Shown: positions 1 through 13,834, counted from the first letter of the stretch. The stretch is 64,000 nucleotides of DNA from Felis catus (GCF_018350175.1 NC_058368.1:112842001-112906000); one strand, 5' to 3'. Notes: generated from the letters alone by a model not told the origin. Numbers and translations: made by a program.

Positions 1-2846
1 ATCTAAAAAAACTGTAGAGCAGATCAGTGAAGCCAAGAGTTGGTTTTTTGAAAAAATAAAATTGGTAACCTTCTAGCCAGGCTTCTCAAGAAGAAAAGGG
101 ATATGACCCAAATAGATAAAATCATGAATGAAAATGGAATTATTGCAACCAATCCCTCAGAAATACAAGCAATGATCAGGGAATACTATGAAAAATTATA
201 TGCCAACAAACGGGATAACCTGGAAGAAATGGACAAATTCCTAAGCACCCACACACTTCCAAAACTCAAACAGGAAGAAATAGAAAACTTGAACAGACCC
301 ATAACAAGCGAAAAAATTGAATCAGTTATCAAACATCTCCCAACAAATAAGAGACCAGGACCAGATGGCTTCCCAGGGGAATTCTACCAGACATTTAAAG
401 CAGAGATAATACCTACTCTTCTCAAGCTGTTCCAAAAAATAGAAAGGGAAGGAAAACTTCCAGACTCATTCTATGAAGCCAACATTACTTTGATTCCTAA
501 ACCAGACAGAGACCCAGCAAAAAGAGGCCAATATCCGTGATGAATATGGATGCAAAAATTCTCGATAAGATACTAGCATATCGAATTCAACAGCATGTAA
601 GAAGAATTATTCACCATGATCAAGTGGGATTCATTCCTGGGCTGCAGGGCTGGTTCAACATTAGTAAATCAATCAATGTGATATATCACATTAACAAAAG
701 AAAAGATAAGAACCATATGATCCTGTCAATCGATGCAGAAAAAGCATTTGACAAAATTCAGCATCCTTTCTTAATAAAAACCCTGGAGAAAGTCGGGATA
801 GAAGGAACATACTTAAACATCATAAAAGCCATTTATGAAAAGCCCACAGCTAATATCATCCTCAATGGGGAAAAACTGAGAGCTTTCCCCCTGAGATCAG
901 GAACACGACAGGGATGTCCACTCTCACCGCTGTTGTTTAACATAGTGTTGGAAGTGCTAACATCAGCAATCAGACAACAAAAGGAAATCAAAGGCATCAA
1001 AATTGGCAAAGATGAAGTCAAGCTTTCACTTTTTGCAGATGACATGATATAATATATGGAAAACCCAATAGACTCCACCAAAAGTCTGCTAGAACTGATA
1101 CATGAATTCAGCAAAGTCGCAGGATACAAAATCATTGTACAGAAATCAGTTGCATTCTTATACACTAATAATGAAGCAACAGAAAGATAACGAAACTGAC
1201 CCCATTCACAATTGCACCAAGAAGCATAAAATACTTAGGAATAAACCTAACCAAAGATGTAGAAGATCTGTATTCTGAAAACTATAGAAAGCTTATGAAG
1301 GAAATTGAAGAAGATTGATACAAAGAAATGAAAAAACATTCCATGCTCATGGATTGGAAGAATAAATATTGTTAAAATGTCAATACTACCCAAAGCTATC
1401 TACACATTCAATGCAATCCCAATCAAAATTGTGCCAGCATTCTTCTTGAAGCTAGAACAAGCAATCCTAAAATTTGTATGGAACCACAAAAGACCCCGAA
1501 TAGCCAAAGTAATGAAGAAGAAGACCAAAGCGGGAGGCATCACAATCCCAGATTTTAGCCTCTGAGCTAATCATCAAGACAGCATGGTATTGGCACAAAA
1601 ACAGACACATAGACCAATGGAATAGAGTAGAAACCCCAGAACTAGACCCACAAAAGTATGGCCAACTAATCTTTGATGAAGTAGGAAAGAATATCCAATG
1701 GAAAAAAGACAGTCTCTTTAATAATGGTGCTGGGAGAACTGGACAACAACATGCAGAAGGATGAAACTACACCACTTTCTTACACAATTCAGAAAAATAA
1801 ACTCAAAATGGATAAAGGACCTGAATGTGAGACAGGAAGCCATCAAAACCCTCGAGGAGACAGCAGGAAAAAACCTCTCTGACCTCAGCCACAGCAATTT
1901 CTTACTCAACACATCTCTAAAGGCAAGGGAATTAAAAGCAAAAATGAACTATTGGGACCTCATGAAGATAAAAAGCTTCTGCACTGCAAAGGAAACAATC
2001 AACAAAACTAAAAGGCAACCAACGGAATGGGAAAAGGTATTTGCAAATGACATATCGGTCAAAGGGCTAGTATCCAAAATCTATAAAGAACTCATCAAAC
2101 TCCACACTGAAAAACAAATAATCCAGTGAAGAAATGGGCAGAAAGCATGAGTAGACACTTCTCTAAAGAAGACATCCAGATGGCCAACAGGCACATGAAA
2201 AGATGCTCAACGTCGCTCCTCATCAGGGAAATACAAATCAAAACCACACTCATATACCACATCACGCCAGTCAGAGTGGCTAAAATAAACAAATCAGGAG
2301 ACTATAGATGCTGGCGAGGATGTGGAGAAATGGGAACCCTCTTGCACTGTTGGTGGAAATGCAAATTGGTGCAGCCGCTCTGGAAAATAGTGTGGAGGTT
2401 CCTCAAAAAATTAAAAATAGACCTACCCTATGACCCAGCAATAGCACTGCTAGGAATTTACCCAAGGGATACAGGAGTGCTGATGCATAGGGGCACTTGT
2501 ACCCCAATGTTGATAGCAGCACTTTCAACAATAGCCAAATTATGGAAAGAGCCTAAATGTCCATCAACTGATGAATGGATAAAGAAATTGTGGCTTTCTT
2601 CCACTCTAACCTCTTTTTTTTTTCCTTCCCCTCCCCCATGAGTTTCTGTTAGTTTCTCAGGATCCACATAAGAGTGCATAAGAGACTCCTAAAAACTGAG
2701 AACAAACTGAGGATTGATGGGGGGTGGGAAGGGGGGAAAGTGGGTGATGGGTATTGAGGAGGGCACCTGTTGGGATGAGCACTGGGTGTTGTATGGAAAC
2801 CAATTTGACAATAAATTTCATATTAAAAAATAAATTAATTAAAAAA
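1..2846 (+). mobile_element. LINE-1 (young carnivore/felid, 3'-UTR type A); 5' part lies outside the window; inactive
   Basis: ORFs 103-540, 537-1052, 1377-1565, 1761-2129 and 2126-2641 translate to L1 ORF2p ([35 protein letters not shown] zinc knuckle). Frameshift near 530 and stop at 1050-1052. G-rich 3' UTR and A-rich tail at 2823-2846. Confidence 0.97.
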
Positions 2847-3759
2847 TATATAGACTTCAGTTCCTACTACTGCTCCTACCAATAATGATAATGGCACAAT
2901 GAAAACTGTATACTTATTATAAACCAACACAGAGCACTGAAAGTCACCACGTGTAGTCATTATTAGGGCTGTTAAATTATAGTTATACTTATGATTTTAT
3001 AATATATAAAATTATTATTTTTTTAGCTTTTGCTATAAAATCGTCTCAACTTCAGGACTTTGTTACAGCAAGCAGTTTCTGTCATTTTACAGAGGGTGGA
3101 AAAAAACAGGAAGAATTTGGGAATAAGATACCTAGGAAATTACAGAGCTTCTTGAGAATTATAGTTTTTATAAAAAGGAAAAAAAATAGAGTCAAGTCAT
3201 TGTATTTTATTCAGTACTGAACCCACAAGGTGGTTGTTACCAGAGAGAGAGAGAGAGAGCACTTATTTTTCCCTAGCTAAGTACTTTCAACATCTGGATT
3301 AAAATGGACAAAGCTTTTTAACTATATTGTAGTCAACATCTGTATGCATGTTTTTTAAAGGATGCTATACAGACAAAGACAGGTTGGGAAGACCTTTTCC
3401 GTTGTCATTTCCATTAATGTCATTCCCATCATATGTATCTATTTTAGGTGATAAGAGTACTGGCAAGACTTTCAACTACAGCCCTGTGTTATCTGCCCAC
3501 TTCTGCATTACTCCATTTAATGATTCAGTGTTTATTATTCTTCAAATAGAAGCTGGCTTAGACATGTCATTGGTAAATATGTATGTTCTTACCTTCATCA
3601 AGGCTGTCTTGCTGCCCCTTGAAAATGCCAGGCAGTCTCCTACCCCAGGGCCCTTACACCACCTATGTACCTCTCTGCACAGTGTTCTTAGCATCACGCC
3701 CTGCCTCATTAGCTTCAGACATCGTATTTTAGTTGCAGCCCTAAGCACTCCCTGTTTTT

Positions 3760-3975
3760 CTTTCCCTGATTTACTTTTATCCACAACACATACATATTCT
3801 GACAGATTTTTTATGTTACATATGCAGTCAATTTCAGCTTCCCCTCACTAACTGTAACATCCTTAAATGCGGGACTTTTGTTTGCTTTATTGACTATTCT
3901 ATCCCTAGCATTTGAAACTATGCCTGGCACATAGTAAGTGTTCAGCAAAACTTTGCTAAATAAATGTGTATTATG
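3760..3975 (+). mobile_element. L2 3'-end fragment
   Basis: gcctggcacatagtaagtgttcagcaaaactttgctaaataaatg resembles the L2 3' terminus. Confidence 0.7.
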
Positions 3976-4021
3976 AATAGAAAAAACAAGATGACATGTG
4001 CTCATTAGAATGTAATTTCTG

Positions 4022-4249
4022 GGGGCGCCTGGGTGGCGCAGTCGGTTAAGCGTCCGACTTCAGCCAGGTCACGATCTCGCGGTCCGTGAGTTCGAGCCCC
4101 GCGTCAGGCTCTGGGCTGATGGCTCAGAGCCTGGAGCCTGTTTCCGATTCTGTGTCTCCCTCTCTCTCTGCCCCTCCCCCGTTCATGCTCTGTCTCTCTC
4201 TGTTCCAAAAATAAATAAACGTTGAAAAAAAAAAATTAAAAAAAAAAAA
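4022..4249 (+). mobile_element. Young felid CanSINE
   Basis: ggggcgcctgggtggcgcagtcgg head, B box gttcgagccc, (CT)n, poly(A). TSD agaatgtaatttctg at 4007-4021 and 4250-4264. Confidence 0.97.
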
Positions 4250-5434
4250 AGAATGTAATTTCTGGAGGGCATGAACCACGTTGTTCTTCAGCATTGTCTC
4301 CAGGGCCCTAAAGAAGAGCTGATCCATAACAGAGTTTCAGTACACCTTTATGGATTGGGTGCTTTAGAGCTCACTAGTAAAATGGGCATATTACGGAGTT
4401 TTAATGGAGAGAGTAAGGCAGGGAAGGAAGAAAGAAAGAACAAAAGAGAAAATGAGTAAGGATTGGTATTTCAGAGCTCACTCCTGTTTCACATTGGTTT
4501 TACAGAGACTGTATGTAGTTTATTAGGTTAAAGCTAAAATTTCAAATAAAATTTGCAGTCCCCTAAGAACAGAAAATCAAATTGTGAATAAATATAGCAT
4601 GTTGTGCAAACTCACATTGACTCCCCGTCAGCCGCTTTTTATTTGTTTGTTTATTTATTTACTATGGTGGTATTGGTCACTCTGAAGTGAAGGAGTGCAT
4701 TTGGTGGTATATCTCATTAGTCTAATGATATTCTCCTGTCTATAGATATATTAGATTGTTACATAATCTAACAACCACTTGCTCAGCAGACAAAATAAGA
4801 AAAGATTACTCTTTCCATGTCCATTCTTTGTGGATCCAGGGACAAAAAAGACGTTTGAGCTCTACCATGAACCAAGCATCATCTACCTGGGAAGGTGAAG
4901 GGAAGGGGCAAAATATAAAATGAATTTTAATGATGAACAGAACACTGGCATTTGAAGTGTCTGTTTATTACAAAAATGGAAAAGCTTCAAAGTTATTCTC
5001 TCTGCTGGTTGGGAACCAGAGCTAAACAGAGAAAGGAAAATTGCCTTTGATTGAAGCGTGTGGCCAGCAGTCACTGGCATGCTCCACAAGCAGAAATAGA
5101 CATTATAAGATACAGAGGATCACTGTTTGACCCAGAGTTATCTTTAAATATATTAAAGCACGTTTCTTAACATGGAACAAAGTTAACAACAGTATAAAAA
5201 TTTAGAATTGAAACATAGATGCTTAGATCTTTCAATAATCAGAAGTATTTAGGTGTTAGACAAAATAAGGTAGAAAACATAATAACTGAAAAGGACAGTT
5301 GAAGAATGGGAGGAAATTATGGTGGCAAAATATTAAGTTAGCCACCAAATAATTTGTCAGGAGTGGAAATCTTGGTCAGTTCAGGAAACATGGACAACTA
5401 GATGCACTTGAGACCACAGGTAAGGCCCCTATGG

Positions 5435-5815
5435 TTCATTGTATTATTGTGAAAACAATTGAAGAACTAGCTCCCAGCCCATTTCTGAGGGAAGAGTTTG
5501 CTTCCTGACTCCTTGACAGCAAGCTTAGGCTTATGATTTTCTTCTGCCAGTGAGATACAAGTGGAAATGGGATATGATACTTCCTAGAAAAACTTTAAGG
5601 GCCATCATGACATTCTGCCATCTCTCTTTTCCCTCTGCTATGACATCACATGTACCAGATGGGCACTGTTCTCCAGGCTAGGTCCTCAGATGAAAAGGAC
5701 TTGAGGTATATTCATAGCCAGTTTGTAGGGACATAATGTGGGCCGAGTGAATTAACCTTTGCTTTTATAAGCCAGTAATGTTGGGAATGTGCTGCACGGC
5801 TTAGCCTCAGCTGAT
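5435..5815 (+). mobile_element. ERVL-MaLR solo LTR remnant (MLT1I/J-like)
   Basis: MLT1-like motifs, e.g. ttcctagaaaaactttaagggcca and the terminal ctttgcttttataagccagt...gcttagcctcagctgattga. Confidence 0.6.
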
Positions 5816-5911
5816 TGAAGTTGTCGATCTAGAAAAGGTGAGAAAATGGTCTGGTCTTTTCAGGGGACATTCAGAGAGGAGTGGTAGAGAACAGTAGAAT
5901 TCTAAAAATTC

Positions 5912-6090
5912 CAAGTTTCTCCAAGTGTGACCCCAGGTCAGAGTTGCCTGGAGGCTGGTGATACCTGAAGATTCACAGGCCTCATCCCAGAATTGGTGAA
6001 TCTGAATATCAGGAGGTAGGGCTTATGTTTCTGCATTTTCATAGACTCCTCAAATGCTCCTTATACAAACCCAAATGTGAGAACTGATGG
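5912..6090. mobile_element. hAT-Charlie fossil (MER5-like)
   Basis: tttctccaagtgtg ... aggcctcatcccagaattggtgaatctgaat ... tgtgagaactgatg; degenerate terminal inverted repeats. Confidence 0.65.
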
Positions 6091-6385
6091 CCACGATGTT
6101 CACCTAAGACTAGAGTGCAAGAGCAGGTGGCAGTGAAGAGAAAATTAGAAATCTTATCTTTGGTCTTGAGATTAGGTCCTGGTCTGCCACTCATTAGCTT
6201 TGGGATCCAGACTAGTCCCTCTCATTCCGGAAACTGAGCTGTCTCATGCTACCATGGTTTTGAGGGTAGCCATCTCTGCTACCTCCCAGAAATGTTGTGA
6301 TAAAATAACTCAGAAAATGCTTTTGTAAACTGAAAAACACTTTTCATATCAAGATATTGTAGTCTTGTCAAGATGGGGGCCGCCA

Positions 6386-6454
6386 GAGGGCTTTTCTCCC
6401 CTGACCTTGGGAACCTCTGAGGGCTTTTCTCTCGTGACCTTGGGAACCTCTGAG
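6386..6454. repeat. 33-bp tandem duplication
   Basis: Units 6386-6418 and 6419-6451 (gagggcttttctc..tgaccttgggaacctct) differ at 2 positions. Confidence 0.9.
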
Positions 6455-6784
6455 ATCATATATTGAATCAAGATGGAAATCCACAGCACAACATTGGAAA
6501 GCAGGCGCAGCCTAGTCAAAGCTAATTTTATTTTGCTCTTTTAATAACCAGTAGGAAAATGAGTTAGGGCTTATTCATGTCTAAGAGATAGCTTAATGTC
6601 TAGAGCCCATCAAATCTGAGCTATAGAACTGAGAAGGCAGACATGTTTTGCTATTTCATTTGAGAATCCCAGATACTCGGAGAAGCCAAGAAGCCAAGAA
6701 GGGAGAGCTTGCCAAGCTGTGCTTAGACATGTCGGTAAAGGATGGATAAAAAGCTCCTCCAGGCACACCCCCGTTCCTGCTAAG

Positions 6785-6985
6785 GTAGTACATTTATTGA
6801 GTGTTCATCACGTGCGAGGAGTGTTGCTCAACATTTGAACAAAGGCTTCACAGTAATCTCAAGAGGTGGGTATTTTCAGCCCACTTTTAGACATGAAGAA
6901 ATTGAAGCTTGGCCAGGTGGATTTGTTTGTCTAAGCTGACCCTCTAACAAACGACAGGAGCAGGATTTGAATCCAGACTCCAGAG
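6785..6985 (-). mobile_element. MIR
   Basis: catttattgagtg ... ttttagacatgaagaaattgaagct ... ggatttgaatccagact (MIR core). Confidence 0.75.
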
Positions 6986-9622
6986 ATTTTGCCCTCAGTT
7001 AGTATGACTACTTTCTCTCTACAAAGCAGACATAATTAATGTGGGTGAAAAGATAAAAGTGCAACAAGCATTATTGCTTTTACAACCAGAAAAAAAAAAT
7101 AAATAAAAGTGATACTTGGAGCCACTGAAACTCACCACTCAAACATCAAGGCGTTCTACCTAGTTAGAATAAACTAGAAACTATAACTTATGCCATCTTC
7201 TTACTCTACTCTAAAATATAATAAATGCAGAAATGCATGACTGTGGCACAGCTGTCTTTAGATTTGAATTGAGTAAGTGAAAAGAAATAAAAATCATTGT
7301 AGCCTACAAGGTTTTTTATGTCATAGGAATCTAGACACCGCTCTAATGATGAAGGAAAAGAAAAACCTATCTAGTGCAGCCAGCTCTTTTTCCTGCAATT
7401 ATAACCCATTTAAAATGGGCATCCTGTGTCTTCTTAAAATGCTTTCCTTGATTTGCTCATCACTATAACTCAAAATAATTCTAAGGAAGGCATGCCAAAG
7501 GAAAAAAAAAAATGCCCTTACAATCAGGAGAATAAAAATACTCACATTTAGATTTTAAAGTTGCACTGCACTGAATTATGGTTAAGTGCTTTAATGTGTG
7601 ATTGTCTGTTATGTTCCATACTTAATACTGGCCCAGGAGGAAGATGCTTCTCTGGCTGTACAAAAATGCTCACGTGTTCAAATGTTAAAACCTAATTAAT
7701 AAATATGAGTTTCCTTTATATGATCTAATACACCTCAGTGTTTGGACCATCTTCTGTCCACCAAAGCTCCCATGGCTCTAAATCATTAAAATCCATGTAA
7801 AACAAAGCTAATATGCAATACAAGCTCCTGTGTGGAAAAGCTGTTTCATCAGAACAAATGAGGTACATAAAGAGGAGTAATAAGGCCAACGAGGAGCTTT
7901 ACAGGACTTTAAAATGAATTTAAACCTATAATGAATGGTGACGCTTTGAGTTCTTGGAAATACTTAGGAATTCATTTGACCATTTTATTAGTCACTTTCC
8001 TAGGCATATTTTAAAACATGTGGAAATTGCCTTTCTTTTATGTTCCTCTTTATTCTTCCCCTTCTCACTTTCTCCTCCCTTTTTCCTTCCCTTCCCTTTC
8101 CTTCCTTTGGTTCTTCTAGTCTTTCTTTCATTTTTACCAGCAAAGGGGAACCAGCATGATCGTTTGAGGAAGTATGATGGCAAAAGTAAGATGAAGCCAT
8201 ACAAATAAACAATCCCTTGTTCAGAATAAGTGAGAAAGAAAACAATTCTGAGCTCCCACTGCTGCTTTTTTTTTTTGTTTGTTTTTTTTACAAGACCATC
8301 ACAGACTTGTTAATCCCTCGGTCATCATGTTTTGAGCACCTATTGCGTGCTAAGCTATAATCATTCTCCCTGTATATCCAAACCAGGAAGGAGGTGGAGC
8401 TTCAGAACAGGGAGGAAGTCTGTGCTGAACTCTGCCTTCAACTGTCCTGACCCAGGACCTCCGTTGCAGGGTGCAGTCAGAGGCAGACCCTCAAGTTCAA
8501 GGCAGCTAAAGGTTCTCCTTCAAATTTCATTTAATTTCACTTGTAACACTTCTGCCAAGTTGATATTCCTTGTCTGAAACATTCCTACCCTGCATACTGC
8601 TGGAAATTGGTAACCCAGCCACTTGTGTGGGTTGGCACCTGGTCAGCTAAGCACTGCTGGAAGATATCATGCCATCTGGCAAGTTGGTTCCATTGTAAAT
8701 TCATGGTTTCATCTTCAACTAGTCCTTCAGTGTGGAATTTTGGCTCATTCAATTCTTGCCTCTGCAGAAGAGGTCTAAATTTCCTTCTATGCCCTTCATC
8801 CTCTGAGCAGATGATCTGTAGAAGAGGAGGCAAAAAATATGTGAGAGGGATTCCCATCACCTTATCCGCAAGCCTCTTTGCCTTCCTCTTCTCAACTCCA
8901 CTGATACCCTGGATTCTCTCTTTTCCTCCTTCTCAGGCACCATATGCTACCAATTATTTGTGCTCCCATCTGTCTCATCATTGTGATCCATTTGATCTTC
9001 TTAAACAGGTTCTGGTTTCTCCCATATTAAAAATGACTCTCCCGGAACACTCCTTCAGCCTCCTCCTTCTTCTGATTTACTGCACTGCCAAAAAAGGGAC
9101 AGTGATTTCATTGAGATAGCTAATTCAAACTGGGCTTTGAAGAAAACGTGTGTCTTTCAGCCTTCATAACTCTTGTGAAGAAGTTATAAGACTTCATGGA
9201 CTGAGATTTACATAAGATGTTTGTTGATGTTTACTGAAACAATCCTCCTGTTCCCATAGCCAAAATGAACATGCTTAACAAATTAAATAATGAAAGGCTG
9301 CTAGCAGTTGAGCTTGGTGCGAAGTATATCTTTCTCCCTTTCTTCTCAGTGGCACTTGTTTGAATGTAAAGTATTCATTTGATCATGGGGAAAAGGTAAG
9401 AACAGAAGGGAAACAACGCATAAGAAAAGCCAGTGTCCGAGTGCACGGTTGATGGCTGGCTTGGACTCAAAAGATCTGAGGAATAGAATTTTCAAAAATC
9501 GAATTTCTAGTGGGCTAGAAAAATCATTCATTGTCCCTGTACTGTGGATTGTGTTCAAAGCCTATACCTACTTTTATGAAAATCATTCTAGTTAAGGCAA
9601 ATAAATAAATATGGAAAGAAAA

Positions 9623-9651
9623 TAACAACAACAACAACAACAACAACAACA
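9623..9651. repeat. (AAC)n microsatellite
   Basis: About 9 perfect units. Confidence 0.95.
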
Positions 9652-10619
9652 AAACTGGGCACCAAAACAAAACTACTTCTGATAGTTTGAGACAAACATT
9701 GGGCAAGTTCCGATACCCCTTTGTGCATATGTGTTCCATGGCTCCACCTGATCAGGAAGGTGTGGCTTTCAACAGCAGAAAGCCCCTGCCCTAGAATGCC
9801 ATTGCTAAAGCCCTGACCCAGCCCCGGTCTCCCTGGATCTGGGAGTGGGTGCACACGGGCAAGATGGATGTTTATAATTTGAGGCCGAGCTCCCATTCCA
9901 CATAGGAGAATCGGCTTTTTTTTCAGCTATCAATATCAAAAGCAGAATAAATGGCTTCATAACACTTTTACTATTGCTAATAGTAGTAATAAATCTGGAT
10001 TTTATACTGACCCGTGTCCCAAACCACTCCACAAGCATAAAGAGGAATACAAACTCCCCCAAAGATTGCTTTATACAGTCAAAAACCATTTCCTATGAAA
10101 TGAAAGGCACTTGCTGTTTAACAACCCACAGATACATTAGACAACAATTTAAGGCAGGATTATCCAATTGTAACCAAAGGCAGAATTGATTTAGGCAGAA
10201 TGCAATTACCGCAAATGCTGCTGATCTCCATTTTACTTCCCATGTGAACAGACATTAAGAGGAGTCCAGTTATTACACAACTCTATATTTGCTTCCACTC
10301 TGGGTCTCTTCAGGGAGAGCAGAGTTGGTGGTGGAAGTCCCTACAAGAGAAAGCTGTCCGTTTGACCCCAAGGTACAGCCTGCTTCAGTGAACCAGGGAG
10401 CAGTAGTCTCACTACTAAGAAATGTTCTTACATTTTGGTGTTGAGGCTCTGCTTGTGAATTTTTCTCTTGGTTTTTGCCTTGTTTTGCCGGTCAGCCTGT
10501 CCAGAGGCTCAGTTAATTTGACTTCCCAATTACCACCTCTCTCCTGAGGGAACTCCCTGAAACGTGGACCAGAGAAGCACGTGTTGCCCAGCACTTTTCT
10601 GCAGTCACAGTCCTGATAA

Positions 10620-10850
10620 ACAGTGATGGAAACGGTTTGGTGAAATGACTCATTGTAGTCTCCCTTTTGGAGGCTTTCCTCGTCTTCTAACAAATTAAAG
10701 GCTTTGAGAATTCCAGTCATAGATACGTGGTGGACTTTAGTTAAGTCAACATTTCCCAAATTCCATGACATTCTTTTCCCCACTTCTGTGAAACAAATAT
10801 TAACGTCTCATAAAATTTAGGCTCCAAGGAACACTCTTTGAGAAACACTG
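10620..10850 (-). mobile_element. hAT-Charlie fossil (MER103C-like)
   Basis: ttaaaggctttgagaa ... catttcccaaa ... ggaacactctttgagaaacactg matches the recalled consensus in reverse. Confidence 0.6.
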
Positions 10851-11404
10851 TTTTATGGAGTATCTCACAGATTGAGTTATAACTCCTTTCAGGTTTTCTT
10901 ATCTATGGAACAAAAACATTAAACTGGAACCTTTCTGAGACTCCTCTGCTTCTAAAACAACACGTGTATGACATTAAATATAGTGCTGGAGGACATCATT
11001 CTCAAGGTGACCCTGAGTCTATAACAGAACAAAATACTTCGCCGCTTACACTTTCTTCTAGAGTGTCTCTCAATTTTATAGGTGTCTTTTGCCCTGCTAA
11101 GAACTGGAAATCTATTGTCAGTAAAATCTAAGGTTTATTGTTGGAGGGTTTTATTAGTTGATGAACACAGGAACCAGAATTCCCCTGAGAAGAGTATATC
11201 CTTTACCTCCTCTCTCCTAGATTGTAATCTGTCAGAACTCTGGATATTAGTAATAGACTCCATGTAGTACCTAAAATTGGCTCAATGTGAATCTTGAATT
11301 AACAGTGGATCCAGAGGTAGAATTCTCATATTGATCTTTAGTGGTTACTCTAAAACAAAACTTCTGATGTGGCATATGACAAGTTAGTACATCAGAAGAG
11401 CTCA

Positions 11405-11487
11405 TACTCCTGAAATCATTGCTTCACTATATGCTAACTAATTTGGGTGTAAATTTTAAAAGATAAAAAATAAAATTAAATAAAAAA
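11405..11487 (+). mobile_element. Extremely 5'-truncated L1 (type B 3' end)
   Basis: tactcctgaaatcattg...gctaactaatttgg plus A tail. TSD agaagagctca at 11394-11404 and 11488-11498. Confidence 0.92.
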
Positions 11488-12649
11488 AGAAGAGCTCAGT
11501 GTCAGAAGGGAAGAGATATTCCAAATTTTCCTTTAGACTCTGAATTATTCCAGCCCATCCATTTAGTGGTCATTTGGGGAATCTAGACAGATCTTTCCTA
11601 GAGGATAACAGAAGAGTTGGAGCCAGGGAGGGGTCAGGTTGTAGTCACTGATGCTCACTGAAATGTAAGAACCATCATGAGGCTATGGGAAATTAAAATA
11701 AATACTTCACCTGTCTTTTCTCCTTCCTTTCTTACCTGACACTGATATTGAATTGGTTGGTGAGAAATTCAGTAAATGGTATATGAGAAAGTAAGTACCT
11801 TGGGCCATCCATCCATTAACAAGAATGCACTGGACACCCGTGGCATCTGGGTGCTTGGTTCTGGAGCTGCAGAAGTAGAAGAGTGCATAGATGGATATGG
11901 TTCCCTCTCTTTTCACCAGGGAGCCTGACTGTGATGAGGGACACAGACAGTAATCACATAACTACATTGTTCTCTCTGTGAGTTCAGACTAACATACAGT
12001 CTCTGAAGGCAAGAGGCACGTTTCTATGACAGCATATATCCAGGAGGCCTAACCTAGACAACAGGGGCATAGACCCCTCCAAATGGATATACAAGGATTT
12101 TATGGATGAGAAACAGTTCTCTGACTCAGAAAGAAGAAACAGCAAGAACCAATGTGCAGTGTAAGGAAAGATTCTCACAGTATGTGCAAGGAATAACACT
12201 TTGTTGGTATTTGGGGGTACATAGCTCTTAGATACATTTGCACATTTTGGGGGGGTACATTCCTATTTGGGAAGGAGGGAAGGGCATAGTTGGGTTGGAA
12301 ATTGAAAAGTAGAAAAGAGGTAGATGAAGAAAGTACTTAGTTCTGGGCTAGGAATGGCACAGCTGCTGGGTGTTATACTCAGTGCCCATGGCAGACGTCA
12401 CCAACCCAATGGAGTCCAGAAACCTCAATCCAGAAATCTTCTATAAATGGCATGGGATTGGTTCTCGAGCTGAAAGAAGCCTATCTGCCATTACTGATGT
12501 AGACAATGAGGGGAGATTATTATTTTTTAAGCAGTGTAGGTATGTGATTAACAATGCTTCGGAAGGATTTCAGTGATCAGAGGATTGATTATAGAGGAGA
12601 GAAGGAGTAGGAAGACCAGTTAGGAATAACCCCAAAATCATTCTGTTGT

Positions 12650-12850
12650 TTAATCGTTGAGCTAGTATGCTTGAATATTCATGTGTATTTATGTGTAATA
12701 TCTCATTTAGGCTGCCCCACAGAATCAGTGAGTTGTAGGTGTTATTACTGTCCCTATTTTATAGATCAGGAAAGGGAGCTTCATAGAGGTTAAGTGATTT
12801 GGCCCTGGTCACGTAGGGAGAAAGTGGCAGAGCTGGACTTGAATTCTGCA
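12650..12850 (-). mobile_element. MIR
   Basis: ccctattttatagatcaggaaa ... agaggttaagtgatttggcc ... gtggcagagctggacttgaa. Confidence 0.75.
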
Positions 12851-13834
12851 AAGCTGGTAATTGTCTGGTTCTGGCTCACTTCTCTGGCCTCGTTGCCTAC
12901 CACCTCCTTTGTGCCTTTCTGTGTTCTGGTTGTATTGGGCATTCTTTCAGTATACTCTCTCTTACTATAGAGCCTTCTGCAACAACGTGCATTTCTCTTG
13001 CTCCAAAATGAGCTTTATCCCTCTTTACCTCCTTAATTCCTCATCAGTTTTCTCAGGGAAATCCTCCTTGAAGAATTTTGTAGCACCCTGTTGACTTTCT
13101 TCAAGATTCTCACCTCCCTTTGTTAAAAAAAAAAAAGAAACACATTTACTTACGTAATAATTTCATTAATGTCTGTCTCTGCAGTGATCTATCTAAGTCC
13201 GTTCACAGCAGGAGCCATGACTGCTGTCACTGCCTGCTGCTTCCCTAGAGCACAAGATGTGATTCAGGGACACGATATATACTTGCATGAAACCAATCAC
13301 TCCAAGTCTCCCTCATTTTGTAGTTAACCAGTATACCTCTCACTCTGGTGACAAGGTTAAAAGGAGGACTGGGAAGTGGCCGCACAGGTAGGATTAACAG
13401 TTAGACCCTGTCACAATGTCCGCGTGCCCCTCCAGTATCTTTGACTGTGATACTCAGACCTGAAGAGTAGAAATACAAGTGTTTTCTTGTGGAGGTAGGA
13501 AATATTTTCAGATTTGAATATACAAAACTAATCTTAAAATACCTTTAAAGCAGGTTAGAAAAATTCCCCTTAGAAAATATACCTTTCTGAGGTACAATAC
13601 ATGTTTGGGAAATAGGTTTTACTCATCAGAAAGGATGCATCAAATGTGGCGTTTGTAAAAAATAAAATGTTAAATTATAAAGTCCTATAAGATCATTGTA
13701 AACATTTAAATGATACAAATGTGTACAATTGAAAAAAAATTTTCTTCCTGTGTCCCTGTGCCACTGCCAGTCTCATTGCCTGTGGAGATAACCTTAAGAA
13801 GATTATCACTGTTAAAAGTTGGCCCTGACTTAAC

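Noticed and set aside
103..2641. Reverse transcriptase-like ORFs as a functional gene or novel RT system
   Set aside because: Ordinary L1 ORF2 broken by frameshifts and stops, with the C-terminus deleted.
3348..3851. 167-aa ORF
   Set aside because: Runs into an L2 remnant; no recognisable domain.
4022..4100. tRNA genes at SINE heads
   Set aside because: The A/B boxes belong to tRNA-derived SINEs followed by SINE body, tail and TSD.
8607..9119. 170-aa ORF
   Set aside because: Non-ATG start, pyrimidine-rich sequence, no recognisable homology.
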